From Octopus sinensis (lineage: Eukaryota), in the NCBI RefSeq assembly GCF_006345805.1, contig NC_043006.1, positions 10,540,001 through 10,604,000 on the forward strand: DNA of 64,000 nucleotides, given 5' to 3'. Both the position numbers and the translations under genes were made by a program. Positions 12,763 through 26,238 of the stretch are shown piece by piece; the first letter of the stretch is position 1; each line of letters starts with the position of its first letter. The notes under the pieces were generated by a model. It did no database searches and was not told the DNA's origin. It saw nothing but the letters and a program-made list of their open reading frames with translations.

Positions 12763-13389
12763 TGTGTGCTGCTTTGTAGTAAAGTGTTTCTTGTCTGAAT
12801 ACGTTCTTGTAAATCCTCATTCTTTCTGATATTCAGAGACCCAGTGTCTCATGGTATCATACGCAGTGAATAAAATCGTCTTAAGCTATTCCATATTTTA
12901 GATGTTCATTCTATATCGTTTGTTTATTAATGAGTCGTACGTTTCCTTTAACTTCATTATGTTATCCACTTGACATGAAACATCGATCAATGCGGAATTT
13001 CTTCTCTCGGGAATGTTTCTTTGCCGTGTCAAGTTTGTATTCTCGTGCCTCTAACTGAATATATTTCGGTATCAAAATATATAGGTATTATTGTCTCTAG
13101 TCATTATCAATGGGATATGGAAATGGTAAAGTAAAACAGCGCACAGTATTAATATTTCAGTGAACTTTATCCTTTGAGGAATCATCGAAATTACTATGAA
13201 TCTAGAAGCGATAGGATTAAACAGAGAGGTAATCAATATCTCAATGGCCAGAAAACTTCTATGTCTCACATAAATACCTCGGAATGGCATGGTGATCAGT
13301 CCTTCTAAATGGCAGCAGCATATTTTTGATGTTGGAAGAAGTTTCAAGCAAATCTATGCTACTACTAGAAGTATTGTGACGGATGTTTT

Positions 13390-13590
13390 TGGTTTCAAAT
13401 TTTGTTACAAGGCAAGTAATAGCGGGAAAGGGGTAAGTCGATTACATCGACCCTAGTGATCAACTGATATTTATTTTGTCAACCCCGAAAGGATAAAAAG
13501 CAATGCCGAGCTCAGCAAAACTTGATCACAGAATGTAAAGAAAGACGAAATGCTGCTAAGCATTTTAACCATCAGGTTAACGGTTCTGCA
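13390..13590 (-). mobile_element. Degenerate SINE family A copy
   Basis: Similar to 15775-16010 (gtcgattacatcgaccc, ccccgaaaggat, gacgaaatgc..ctaagcattt). Confidence 0.75.
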
Positions 13591-13604
13591 CGAACGTGTT
13601 TGTA

Positions 13605-14840
13605 CCAGGTGATCGACATTACACCAGATAATATACACACGCATTGAGTCAATGTCATACTTTTATTATTATAAGCCATCTAGTTGGGTATCTAGTCCAA
13701 TTTATTAATCGAGTCTTTAATGAATCACACGGCTAATTAATAAATCAGTTGTGTTCGCCAAACACCTTTGGTCGCCATCCGTGACCTCTTCAATGACATG
13801 CTGTCTCTACTCCAGGTCAGCATCACATCAAAATTTAAAACTAAAACAAAATACATATTTTCATATTAGTTATGTTTAACCTAACTCACTAAAGCACAGG
13901 ACGGCAATATTAAATCCTAAAATATTTAAAAGTGTATAGGTTTTTTAGTACTATGTTAATTTATGAAGAAATGAAGAACCAAAAGGGAACATCAACATGG
14001 TCCGGCTAACCGTTAGAAATAGCTGTTACACTATAAGCGAAAGAAGTACAAGATATTTATCCAAAAACACGTACGTAGCTTCTCCACCCCTAGCGAGTAG
14101 TGTAGCAATGCAAGTGTTTGTCACCGATTTAACGTTTAGTTTTCCGAATCAGTAATTTCGAACCACTGTTTTGATTAAAAAAAAAAATTCATTATCTGCT
14201 CACAAATTTATATAATGGGTATAACTTCCTTGATTTTAATTTAATGCAAAACTTTATTCTCTGCGATTTCTAATCTTGTTATCAATTATGTTAATTAATA
14301 ACCGCAGCGAGTGCAATTTGCGTTTCGCTTTTTCGTTTTGTACTCTAAATACACCGATTGCGAAAATATTTTAATGTTATTTCTTTTCCGTGTTTATGAG
14401 TGTGTGTTTGCGTGTGTGTGTGTGTGAGTGTGTGCACGCATGGGTGCGCGTGTGGCGTGTGTGTGTATTTTTGTATGTTTGTATGTATCTATGTACGCAA
14501 AGTAAAAACTCCCTTAGGTCACATGACTATGGGATTGCATTTAGAAGTTCCCCTCCTATGCACAAGTCAGGGCAAGGTCATTTTTGGAAGCCTAACTGTC
14601 GCCCATGCATACTTGTCTCCCCTCTCCACGCCACGGATGTTATCCAAGGGAAAGGCAAAGATTGCTACAGATTGGCCGCAGTGACGTTGTAACTCATGGA
14701 AACAGATGAGTGAACCAAAGCAACCTGTAATAAAGTGTCTTGCTGAAGACCACAACACAGGCTGGAAATCGAACTCAGAACTTCATGATCGTAAGCTAGA
14801 TACTCTACCCAGAACACTGTGCGTATGTATGTATATAAAG

Positions 14841-14875
<35 letters not shown>

Positions 14876-15309
14876 GTGTGTGTGTGTGTGTATGTATATG
14901 TGTGTATGTGTCTGTGTATGTGTGTGTGTGTGTGGATATATATAGATATATATTACGTATGTATGTACATCGGCTGCTACAGACATTTACATATTTTATG
15001 AGTTAATATTGACCTCATGTGCTTTAATGAGTTAGATTAAGCAGTATTAATATGTAAATATGTAAGTATTTCGTTTTAGCTCTATACTTTGATCTGATGC
15101 TGACCTAGAGTAGAGATGATTTGTCATTGAAGAGTTCACGATAGGCGACCAAAGGAGTTTGCCGAACGCAACTGATTTATTGATTAACCGCTGATTAATA
15201 AAAGAATCGATTTGTTGGGTGCTTAAACAGCAAACTGATTAGCGAATATTAATGAAGTGAAATTGACTCAAATCATTTGTATATTGCTGGCGTAATGACG
15301 CTCACGAGA
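13605..15309. mobile_element. Non-autonomous DNA transposon with ~250-bp diverged TIRs
   Basis: 13605-13870 is the diverged reverse complement of 15050-15309 (e.g. ataaatcagttgtgttcgccaaacacctttggtcgcc vs ggcgaccaaaggagtttgccgaacgcaactgatttat). TA at 13603-4 and 15310-11. Confidence 0.7.
14502..14815 (-). mobile_element. tRNA-derived SINE family C, diverged copy
   Basis: Similar along its length to 36381-36720 and 49922-50266. Confidence 0.8.
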
Positions 15310-15774
15310 TACAACAAAATACCTAGGTACATCGTGTAAAGTAGCTGTCAAGAAGCACATTTTGCTAAAAAAAACAATGTCTTATGCACACAAAGACCTT
15401 TTAGTCTCAACTATTTTCAACACGATGTTTGGATTTTGTTGACCTAAACCTCGTTTCTTTAAACGGTAAGCTTATAAGAATGCAATTCTCTCTGATGCGA
15501 GTATTTATGTTTCCTAATATTTCTGAAACTATTTCACAAAGCTGTTTGTATTTTGTTTTATTTTTCTCTAAAGAATACGATAAATTTTTTTAATGAATTG
15601 GTGAACATTAAGGCAATGAAAGTATGTACAATATCACAAATTAAGCTTAACATCAGGAGTGGCGAATCTTATGTTTCTGTCTATTAAACCTGAAGATGGA
15701 GCTGAGAAATATGAAGGGGTATATGTTAACCTGACTGAAGGGAATTAAATAAATGGCAGGGTGTAGTAAATATT

Positions 15775-16010
15775 AAGGCGGCGAGCTGGCAGAATCGTTA
15801 GCATGCCGGGCGAAATGCGTAGCCGTATTTCGTCTGCCGTTACGTTCTCAGTTCAAATTCCGCCGAGGTCGACTTTGCCTTCCATCCTTTCGGGGTCGAT
15901 TAAATAAGTACCAGTTACGCACTGGGGTCGATGTAATCGACTTAATCCGTTTGTCTGTCCTTGTTTGTCCTCTCTGTGTTTAGCCCCTTGTGGGTAGTAA
16001 AGAAATAGGT
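15775..16010 (+). mobile_element. tRNA-derived SINE family A, monomer with TSD
   Basis: A-box-like tggcagaatcgttagc and B-box gttcaaattc. 14-bp TSD agggtgtagtaaat at 15758-15771 and 16011-16024. Confidence 0.92.
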
Positions 16011-16327
16011 AGGGTGTAGTAAATGGTTGGTATGAAAGGAAAAAGGAAGACAGGTTGTTTGAGATGAAATGAGCAAAAGAGTAGAACAGGAGGTGGACGC
16101 CAAACAAATGTCAGTAGATTTCTCCAGATTCTGGACTTTACACAATAGAAACAGGGACTTTATTAATAGCACCTGTTTTAAAACTAACGAGAGGCAAGTT
16201 GCATGGAGGATTCTTGCAAACTTCGATCCTCACAACTTCAAATATTATTATTCAATACATTACTGCAACCTCCATTAAAGAGTTTTTGCTTTTTAATTAG
16301 ATTCCGATGTACATATATAGCTAGTAA

Positions 16328-16646
16328 TTTATTATTATTTATGCGCCCTTTTCAAACCTAGCCACGCTCATGGGCCTGGTGTCCCGGTTTCTATGGCGTA
16401 TGTGTTCCCCACCATCTGGAAGGGACGCCAGTCCATCGCAGCGTTACTCAAGAAACAGGAAGAAAGAGTGAGAGAAAGTTGGGGCGAAAGAGTACAACAG
16501 GGGTCATCACCACCCCCTGCCGGAGATTCGTGGAGCTTTAGGTGTTTTCGCTCAATAAACACACACAACACCCGGTCTGTGAATCGAAACCACGATCCTC
16601 CGACCGTGAGTCCGCTGCCCTAAACAATGGGCCATTGCGCCTCCAC
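16328..16646 (-). mobile_element. tRNA-derived SINE family D
   Basis: Head gtggaggcgcaatggccca...ggtttcgattc, (AAT)-rich tail, and 10-bp TSD tagctagtaa at 16318-16327 and 16647-16656. Confidence 0.88.
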
Positions 16647-18049
16647 TAGCTAGTAACAATAATATGTAAATATTAGATAGACAAAATCCATTTTAGATGG
16701 TGGGGAAAATGTGTTCCGTAGGAACCAAACTCACGCCTCCTGAATACATAGCAAGGAGTCTACCATTATAGAAACGATCCGCCAAAATTCTGGAGTTATT
16801 TTACTAAATTTATTTTAACCAACCAGAACTGTATATTGTTAACATCATAAGAAATTTATAAACTGTCTAGAGAACGTGGAAGAATTCCTTTTTAAAATTG
16901 ATCACGATGATCATATAAATACATTAATAATATGAGTATTGTGTTGAAAAACCCTCTCCAAGTCAGAAGGCGAACGCCGTCTGTTGAAATAATAGTTTAA
17001 ATTAAGTTTCAAGAAAGATGATTGTGGCAGAGTAGATAAGCCGTAATGCAATGCATTGGTGGGTTATAATTATCATCCAGCAGATAAAAGAGACTAGGAA
17101 TGAAATGTAAGGTATGTCCATCTCCAATTTCTTAGCCAGTTCTTATCTTTTATGTGTAATTCTATCGAATAACATATAACGATCAAATACAAACCAATAT
17201 ACTGAAACCACAAAACCTGACTTTGTATCCAATAGTAGAGCGGTAGAACGAAACGTTTATTTCATGTATATTATTGAAACTACACAAAACAGCTAAAATA
17301 TTTTATTCCTATCGGCTTTCAATATTTTATAGAAATGCTAAAATTTTACCGAACTGCTTTCAAGTAGATGAAAAAATAATCACATAGCAATACCGGGATG
17401 TAAGTTTATGAGTGATATGTTTGCCTATAAATGTTGTTTTCCATTAAATCATTTCTACATACGACGAGCTGTTGCCTATTTCAAAACTTTACTTCCTTAA
17501 TACTGTAGCATTATTTTCGTTTACGAGAGAAACCAAATGCTATTTGTTTCCGAAGAAATTACAGTATATTCCAACCTGTTGTTTTAAAAATGATAGAATT
17601 ATGTGGAAATAAATGACAGGATTATTTATATTAGCTTTCTTTCAGTTTAACTTAGAAATATCCCAGCGTCTGTTCAATATTTTACTGAAGTTACGTGTAT
17701 TTATATTTTCGCTTTTGTTTGACCTTTTTTTTTTTTGTTTTGTTTTGTTTTATTTTGTGAAAGAGAATATTGAATTTTGTCATTTAATGTCTATTGTTCT
17801 TTCGATATTTCAACATAAAGTATAAAAGATATATTTTGTCTGGAGAGATATTAAAATAGATAAGCGCTAGCCATCGAAGCAGCTGTTTTATACTTGGACA
17901 TAATATATTGAAGCGGATTATGTTAGCTATGTGTAAATGATATCTAAGGAAAAAGATATTCTGTAGCAATTGATTTATAACTGGTTCAATGCATTTTACA
18001 CCGCTACTTTTTTCTGTTCTAAAATTATAAATTGATACGTATTAAACGC

Positions 18050-18410
18050 AGAGATAGATAGATAGATAGATAGATAGATGGAGTGAGTGAGTGAATGAGT
18101 GAGTGAGAGAGAAGGAGAGAAATTGTAAGCTTCGTGTATAAGTAGATGAACAGGTGGATGTATAGATAGAGGGAAAGAGACAAATAAATAAATAGATAGA
18201 TAGATAGATAGATAGATGGAGTGAGTGAGAGATCGAGTGAGTGAGAGAGCGAGTGAGTGCGTGAAAGAGTGAGAGAGAGAGAGAAATTGTAAGCTTCGTG
18301 TATAAGTAGATGAACAAATGGATGTATAGATAGAGGGAAAGAGACAAATAAATAAATAAATAGATAGATAGATAGATAGATATATATATAGATAGATAGA
18401 CAGACAGATA
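18050..18410. repeat. Tandem duplication of a ~140-165-bp unit bounded by (GATA)n/(GAGT)n tracts
   Basis: gagagaaattgtaagcttcgtgtataagtagatgaaca...gggaaagagacaaataaataaa occurs at ~18116 and ~18280. Confidence 0.9.
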
Positions 18411-18521
18411 CACACACACTTTTATACAGACAGACAAAAGGAGAGAGAGTTATTCCAAGTAACATATATTGATCCATGATAAGGTAAATGGACGGAGAAA
18501 TAGAGAGAGTGAGATTAGATC

Positions 18522-18554
<33 letters not shown>

Positions 18555-19516
18555 TATCACATATATTTTTGTTAAGAGATATTGGTTTTATGTGTGATGA
18601 GTCGCGTGACGTGACCTACTATAATACTCGCTATTACCGTTTCTTTTCGTAGCGATGAATATCAAATTTGATACTAGAGATATTTGAACATACGCGTATT
18701 TAAAACTAATTTAGATATTTTGGAGCATCCGAGACGGTATTTTAGCTTTTGCACGCAATTGTACATACCTACATTAAAAGAGGCATGTAATAGAGAAGAA
18801 AACGAAATAGTTTTGTGTTTCTAGTATAGTTTATTGTTTTCAGTTTATTTTAGCCTCCAAATGTAAAATTTTGAATAGTCTTCCATTTCTTTACAACATT
18901 TAAATAAATGACTGCTTTCCCCCAAGCACTATATATGCCACATTCAATGAATATTTCGATTGGTTCATTATATACTTTCTTGAAACACGCAGCGGAACTA
19001 TGAGTATAATACTTCAGGGTAAAATAGAACTAATCTTATAATAAATGTAATCTTATTGGGTAACATCCTACACAATTTTTATGTTATACGCCAAGTTTAT
19101 GTGTTCATTTGTATTATTGTTCAAGGTATACTTTGACTTTTTAAATACCCTAACATAGCGTATAAGAACTGCAACAATAGAGACGATGTGCCTGGTTACG
19201 TCTAGCTATGCTTTTTAACAAATTCTCTTCAAATTGTCCGGATATCAAATTTGCCGTTCACCTGTCTAGAGTCAATAAAATAAGAACTAATTATCTATAA
19301 GATTAACTAAACTCTCCTCCCAATATATGAGACCTTGTGAAATCATTCTGTTAGAAATATCTATTTCGTTATAGCCCTTTCCTTGCATCAAAAAATGCCG
19401 ACACTGTGAGTGTATTATTCATTCGTCATACAACGCGTTAGAAATTAATATTTCTAACGTGTTGTATGGCGTTGCATTTCGTCAGAAGCAATACTCATTG
19501 TTATCTAGATATTTCT

Positions 19517-19935
19517 TATTTCTTTATTGCCCACAAGGGGCTAAACATAGAGGGGATAAACAAGGACAGACAAACGGATTAAGTCTATTATATCGATACC
19601 AGTGCGTAAATGGTACTTAATTTATCGACCCCGTAAGGATAAAAGGCAAAGTCGACCTCGGCGGAATTTGAACTCAGAACACAGCGGCGGACGAAAATAC
19701 CTGTTTCTTTATTACCCACAAGGGGCTAAACATAGAGGGGACAAACAAGGAAAGGCAAACAGATTAAGTCGATTACATCGACCCCAGTGCGTAACTGCTA
19801 CTTATTTAATCGACCCTTAAAGGATGAAAGGTAAAGTCGACCTCGGCGGAATTTGAACTGAGAGCGTAACGGTGGACGAAAATACCACAAAGCATTTCGC
19901 CCGGCGTGCTAACGTTTTGGCCAGCCCGCCGCCTT
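19517..19935 (-). mobile_element. SINE family A, head-to-tail dimer
   Basis: Same dimer architecture and junction as 9441-9861. Approximate TSD ttatcta(g/a)ata(t/c)ttct. Confidence 0.9.
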
Positions 19936-19984
19936 ATTTTTTTATCTAAATACTTCTATCTAATACACTCACAATGTCTGCATT

Positions 19985-20158
19985 TTTTGGTGGAGGGAAG
20001 GCTATAACGACCCAAATGATCGACTGATGCTTATTTTATCGACCTCGGAAAGATGAAATACAATGTCTACTTCAGCAGAATTTGAACTCAGAACGTAAAG
20101 ACAAACGAAAGGCCGGTAAGCTTTTTGTGCAGCCTGCTAATGATTCTGCCACCTCCTC
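19985..20158 (-). mobile_element. Degenerate SINE family A copy
   Basis: gaatttgaactcagaacgtaa and ctaatgattctgcca match family A. Confidence 0.7.
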
Positions 20159-21869
20159 TTATTTTTAAGTAGGAAATATCCTGATATTAAAATATTAACT
20201 ACTAAATTCTTACGATTTAAATTCGATATTCGGCTTTTAATGTTTATAATATAACTTCATTATACGAGTTCTCATTATCAAGTATGCACAAATTGTTGAC
20301 AAAATATACTGTAGTTGCGACGGAATGACAATGGAAGTAATATTTGCAATCATTTCCAAGCTCAAGTGAGCCAACAATGAACTCAGGATACAAGAAATTC
20401 TATGCGCTTGCTGATACTAGTAAGTCTCAATTTAGTCACACAGTGCCACTTCAGTTAAGGACGGAACTTTGGAGAGATGAGAACGACGTGGGTGAAACAC
20501 CCTCGAGTACTGAACTGCTTCATTACGGATGGCTGGATCTGAACAATCTAATTAACCGACCAATGCCGATGTGACACATCTCATCCTAGGGAGTATTTAT
20601 TTGTTGTTCAACCAATAATTAAAAAAAAAAACATGAGCACTCAGATGAACAAGTTCAATTAGAGATATCCTTCATGTTGCTTACGTAATACAAAAATAAT
20701 TAGCAATCATAACACCGCGCTGAAGCACTGATTTGATCTTCTGCTATGTCTATAGATTGGAAATATTTTAGTTTGATCAAATTTTGCGAGATACTGTAGT
20801 CAAGATGAGGTCTTGCTTAAATCCCGATTAGAAATGAAGTTGAAAAAGAACATCTTAATCCCTGAAGTGGGTGATGGAATAATGTTTAGTAATTCACAAG
20901 TCTAATTTAAAATTCAATTATACTTTCACTATTTTGTATTTTGCTGTCTAGTCATTGGTCTACAGCTAAAAACAATGCTTAAACTGCCATTAGGATTTGA
21001 TTAGGAAATAGGGAAACCACCATTTTGTCTGACTCTAAATTTATCTAAACTAGAGAGAAGGAATGAAAAGCATTTCTGAGTGGGATATGAATTAAAGAAG
21101 AAATGATTTAACGTCTCAAGCAAATAGCGTAAAGAAATTGCGTATGGAACTACCAATAACGTCAAGTCACCGGTAATTAGAGCGATTTATGCTTTCGACA
21201 GAAGAAACAAAATTGGAACAACACGATTACCATTCTTACTAATTCAACTAATCTCGCTGGTATTTATTTAAGAAAATTACTGCGCATCGTAGAGTGTTCC
21301 ACTATTAAGACAAAATCGTTTTCCCAAAACGATATTATAAATACCGCGACGTTTTCTACAAGATTGAGATGATTTGCTATGCACAAAGTAATTATGGTAA
21401 TGGAATAAAAACAATACCAAACCTGTGGCTGACAATTGCTGAATTAATGGAGGCTAGACATGTGTTGCGCACTAAGCATTTTACGTATTATATGGAAGTA
21501 TATTCATATAAAGAACACATATATGTGCATGTATCTATGCGTTATATCTATGCTTGTGTAGTGTGTTCGAGTGGTGTGACTGCACTCTCAGAGATATAAG
21601 TAAATATACCTATATATATGCGTATATGATAATTTTTCATTTTTTCATGTGGAGAAAACTCTTCTTTATTCTTTTATTTGTTTCAGTCATTTGAGTACGG
21701 CCATGGTGGAGCACCGCATTTAGTCGAACAAATCGATCCCAGGACCTATTTTTTGTAAGCCTAGTACTGATATTATCGATCTTTTTTGGCCTAATGTAAA
21801 CGCACCACCATCGGTTGCTAAGTGATGGTGGGGCAAACCACAGACACAGAAACACACACACTCACAGAA

Positions 21870-21916
<47 letters not shown>

Positions 21917-22506
21917 ATTTATAAAAATATGGTAAAGTAAATTCACTTTACCACACACCGAACTTTTCAGAAATAGCAACTGCAAATAGAAATGTAATGC
22001 TCTATGACTCACGTGGGTGGACAGGGAGAATAATAGATCTCATTCGTATTTTTGGATTCGCTAGTACTGGGTGTCTGGCATGGTTTGTCCGATGTTACAG
22101 ATATCGGACGGGTATGTTTGATTCTTAGTATTTTCAAATCTAAATCGGAAGAAATCTCTGAGCTGATGAAGGAAAAGTGGCGTTTTACCCACAAATCCAG
22201 AAACAGACTGTCCTCGGGTATCGTATATGGATGTGATCTTTCATTGTTTTTCCCTTATACCTATGTGAGTTATTTTCTGAGTATGCATTGTCTGGAGACT
22301 TTTATTTGCAGTTGAAGAAATAGCCAAACTTTTGGCTGCTATTTCTGAAAAGTTCGGTGTGTGGTAAAGTGAATTTTTTTACTTTTTTACTTTACCATAT
22401 TTTTATAAATTAATACTTCAAATATACCGTAAATGGTCTTTACATACCGAATACTGCTTGGTCGAATTTATTAACAATTAATTAATTCTACCCCTTTTTT
22501 GATGAC
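21917..22506 (+). mobile_element. Short non-autonomous Penelope-like element with hammerhead motif and inverted terminal segment
   Basis: (TA)n on both sides. 21917-21990 is an inverted copy of 22303-22410, with indels. Internal hammerhead fold. Confidence 0.7.
22157..22218 (+). ncRNA. Minimal type I hammerhead ribozyme (predicted)
   Basis: Stem I tctgag/ctcggg; core CTGATGA (22163-22169); stem II gga..gtgg/ccac..tcc; GAAA (22200-22203); short stem III acag-a-ctgt; GUC cleavage triplet ending at 22212. Confidence 0.7.
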
Positions 22507-23420
22507 TATATATATATATATATTCAGCTCCACTCACAAGGTTTCGGTCGATCCACGGCTATAATGAAAGACACTTACCCAAGGTGCCATATATGTATGA
22601 GTTTCTATTTTACACACATGAATACAACTTATATACCTGTGTGTGTGTATGTGTACGTATGTATACAAGAATACAAAAATTTTCAATGTGACTGAATGTG
22701 TGGATATATCTGTGTATGTGCTTGTGTGAGAATATGCTTGTGAGAATGTCTATCAATAAGTTTGTGCTTATATATGACCGCATGTGGGCAAACGTGCGTG
22801 TACGTCCATGAATATATGTATAAATGCTCTTCAAGTACATATATTTTATTCAAAACATGATTCTGTTCTATATTTATCAAGTTTTAAAATTAAGGTTTTG
22901 GTTTTATATCCATACATGGTGGCATATTAGGAAAGCCAGTATTTTGATATATTCTTAACTTTCTGGATTAACTGTGTTCAATTATGTTGCCGCGTTTTTT
23001 AGTAGGTCAATAGGTATAGGTTTCGTCACCAGGCATTTACTTCTGAGTTTTAGATATACACCTAATTAGTCAACCGTTTATCCTTTATGGTTAACTTGCT
23101 TCAGCTTTTTGCGGCCATACTGGGACTCCCTGTTCAAGGATTTGATCGAACAAATTCATTACAGTACTTCGTTTTAAGTCTGATATTACACTCTGTCTCT
23201 TTTCCCCAAACTGCTAAAACAACGGGAAGGTAAACAAATAAAGACCGGTTCTCAAAACCTCTGAGGAACAAACACAGATGCAAACCACACACATGCATAA
23301 ACACACGCACACACACACACACATCCACAGCGAATCGCTATACCATCCATTGTATACACATCAGCGAACCGCTAAATCACCTCACTAATTTGGATGACGG
23401 AAATATATATTCTCTCTGTC

Positions 23421-23820
23421 TCTCTTTTACTCTTTTACTTGTTTCAGTCATTTGACTGCGGCCATGCTGGAGCACCGCCTTTAATCGAGCAACCCGACCC
23501 CGAGACTTATTCTTTAGTAAGCCCAGTACTTATTTTATCGGTCTCTATTGCCGAACCGCTAAGTAACGGGGACATAAACACACCAGCATCGGTTGTCAAG
23601 CAATGCTAGGGGAACAAACACAGACACACAAACACACACATATATATATATGTACAGATATACGACAGGCTTCTTTTCAGTTTCCGTCTACCAAATCCAC
23701 TCACAAGGCTTTGGTCGGCCCGAGGCTATAGTAGAAGACACTTGCCCAAGGTGCCACGCAGTGGGACTGAACTCGGAACCATGTGGTTGGTTAGCAAGCT
23801 ACTTACCACACAGCCACTCC
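23421..23820 (-). mobile_element. tRNA-derived SINE family B (with internal TA/TG microsatellite)
   Basis: Head ggagtggctgtgtggtaag...gttcagtccc and (gtaaaaga)n tail; many similar copies in the window. Confidence 0.92.
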
Positions 23821-24200
23821 TTCAAATAGAAAAAAACCCCAAAGAGCATCAGTATTAATTTTCGGGCAATTACCGTCATTGTTAGTGTATTTTGTTTTCA
23901 TTCGAGTGCGTTAACCACAGAATTAGAGCACTTTAGCTCTTCTTTCTAGCAATGTAGGTGATTCTTAACACCCTAGTCACATTTCATGACAATTATATTT
24001 CCTCTTGTTTGGTAAAATATTGCAACCTGCTGTTTGTATTAATTTTATACACACATATAGTCACTGTCAAAAATATATTTGTTTAAAAATAGAAAAATTG
24101 TACACTACAAGTGTATAGCGCAACCCTGCAGATAAATGTAAAATAATATTTATTATTAACTAAACACAAAACAAACACCAACACACACATTTATATATAA

Positions 24201-24239
<39 letters not shown>

Positions 24240-24262
<23 letters not shown>

Positions 24263-24625
24263 GGCAGTTTGTCTGTGCGTTTTCTGGTGTCTGTTTGCTT
24301 GTACCCTCACCCTGACCACGGCTTTCAACCGATTCTGATGAAACTTGACACACACATAGCCCAATGTCATAATTCAAAACTAACGCAGTGAAAATTTTGA
24401 AAAGTTCCCCCAGTTCTGAAAAAAATCGATAAATTCGACATGGGGTCGAGAATCAGAAACACAAACCGCAAACTGTCTAGGGGACGCAACACCACCTTTT
24501 ATAACTAAAAAAAAATTTACCATCATTTTTTCCATTTTTTTTGCTATTTTTTGGCTATAACTCTCTAAAAATGCTTTATAGTTATTTCCCTTACAAACCT
24601 GAGCAACGCCGGGCGATACTGCTAG
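24240..24625 (+). mobile_element. Non-autonomous Helitron
   Basis: Highly similar to the reverse complement of 52771-53162. Ends in gagcaacgccggg...CTAG followed by T. The 5' end merges into (TA)n. Confidence 0.88.
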
Positions 24626-24656
<31 letters not shown>

Positions 24657-24929
24657 TGTGTGTGTGTGTGTGTTGTGTGTGTGTGTGTGTGCGCGCGCGC
24701 GTGTGTGTGTGTGTGTGTGTGTGTGTATTCATAGATTTATATTATGTTTTCATATTTTAATGACTGATATATCGGTATATTTGAAAACTGTTATACATCG
24801 GTCCATAACAGAAATATATGCTTATTTAATTTGCTGAACCTACCAGAAGTTCTACTTTACATTTTTTTAAAATACTTATGCGTCTCGGGTCTTTTTTCTG
24901 AGCACTGCAGACTACTGCCTAACAATCAA

Positions 24930-24950
24930 CAAACGTTAACACACATATAT

Positions 24951-25009
<59 letters not shown>

Positions 25010-25190
25010 ACGTGTGAATCGTTGGCGATTTCCTTCCTCCGTCTTCCCTTCTATTGGATTCTGTTTCCGAAGAAGAGCGTCTGCTCGAAAAATTTAAACC
25101 ATCTGTCTTTCTCTTCCTGGGCGTCTTCTAATACATTACATATGCCACGTCCTCGCGTTGTTGTTTTTTGCTTGTTCTTTTGGGGTTTGC

Positions 25191-25276
<86 letters not shown>

Positions 25277-25402
25277 CATATATATACACCACAGTTAATG
25301 TAATCCAGAGTACATTTTGAAATAGTTGTAGCCAATACGGGTCAATAAAATATTTCTTGCGTTCACGTATGCTTTTCTTTTTGCTTATCCGTATACAAAT
25401 AT

Positions 25403-25493
<91 letters not shown>

Positions 25494-26097
25494 CCGGACA
25501 GATTGATAGTTGTGCGCATATATCATAGTTATACCTGTACAAAAAGTTATTGACTAGTATATACATACTCATATAAGTGTTATATATATATGTGTGTGTG
25601 TGTGTCTATGTGTATACACACATACACGCACACACACTATTGCCTACATATATGCATGTGTTTCTGTGTGATTGTGTGTTTGCGTGCGTGAAAGCATGTG
25701 TGGTGTGTGTACGGACACTTCTATTTAAAAGCGAGTGAAGTCAGCGGTCTCTACGGAAGTAAAACATGGTTATTTGTCGCAATGCTCACATTACTCACTG
25801 GTACGTGAGCCGCGGCGTCTGCGAAGTCACATAATTAACAGTTAATCACGACACCACAGCACAGAACTGTATGTGAGTTATGTGTGTTCTTGTGTTCTTG
25901 TATGCATACATATATGTGTGTGTGCCTGTGTGTGTGTTTGCATGGGATTGTTTGTTTGTATGTGTGCACGCGTGTGCACATATATATATATATATATATA
26001 ATAATATATATATATATATATATATATACATACACATACATATGCACCGGCACTTGCACTAGATCCATGCATATATACATACATATATATATATATA

Positions 26098-26148
<51 letters not shown>

Positions 26149-26200
26149 TATATATTTTGTATATAATATATCTATATATATCATATTTATATCCATATTC

Positions 26201-26238
<38 letters not shown>

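Larger units (their letters stand above)
21657..22590 (-). mobile_element. SINE family B split by an insertion in its internal microsatellite
   Basis: The 3' half (21657-21860) and a 5'-half remnant (22525-22590, ccactcacaagg...gacacttacccaaggtgcca) match 23421-23820. They are separated by (CA)(TA)n and a 590-bp insert. Confidence 0.8.

Noticed and set aside
12780-13380. Possible very old RLE-type LINE fragment (ALIDVSCQVDN-like string, next to a (CTA)n tract)
   Set aside because: A single weak motif; needs a profile search before it can be called.
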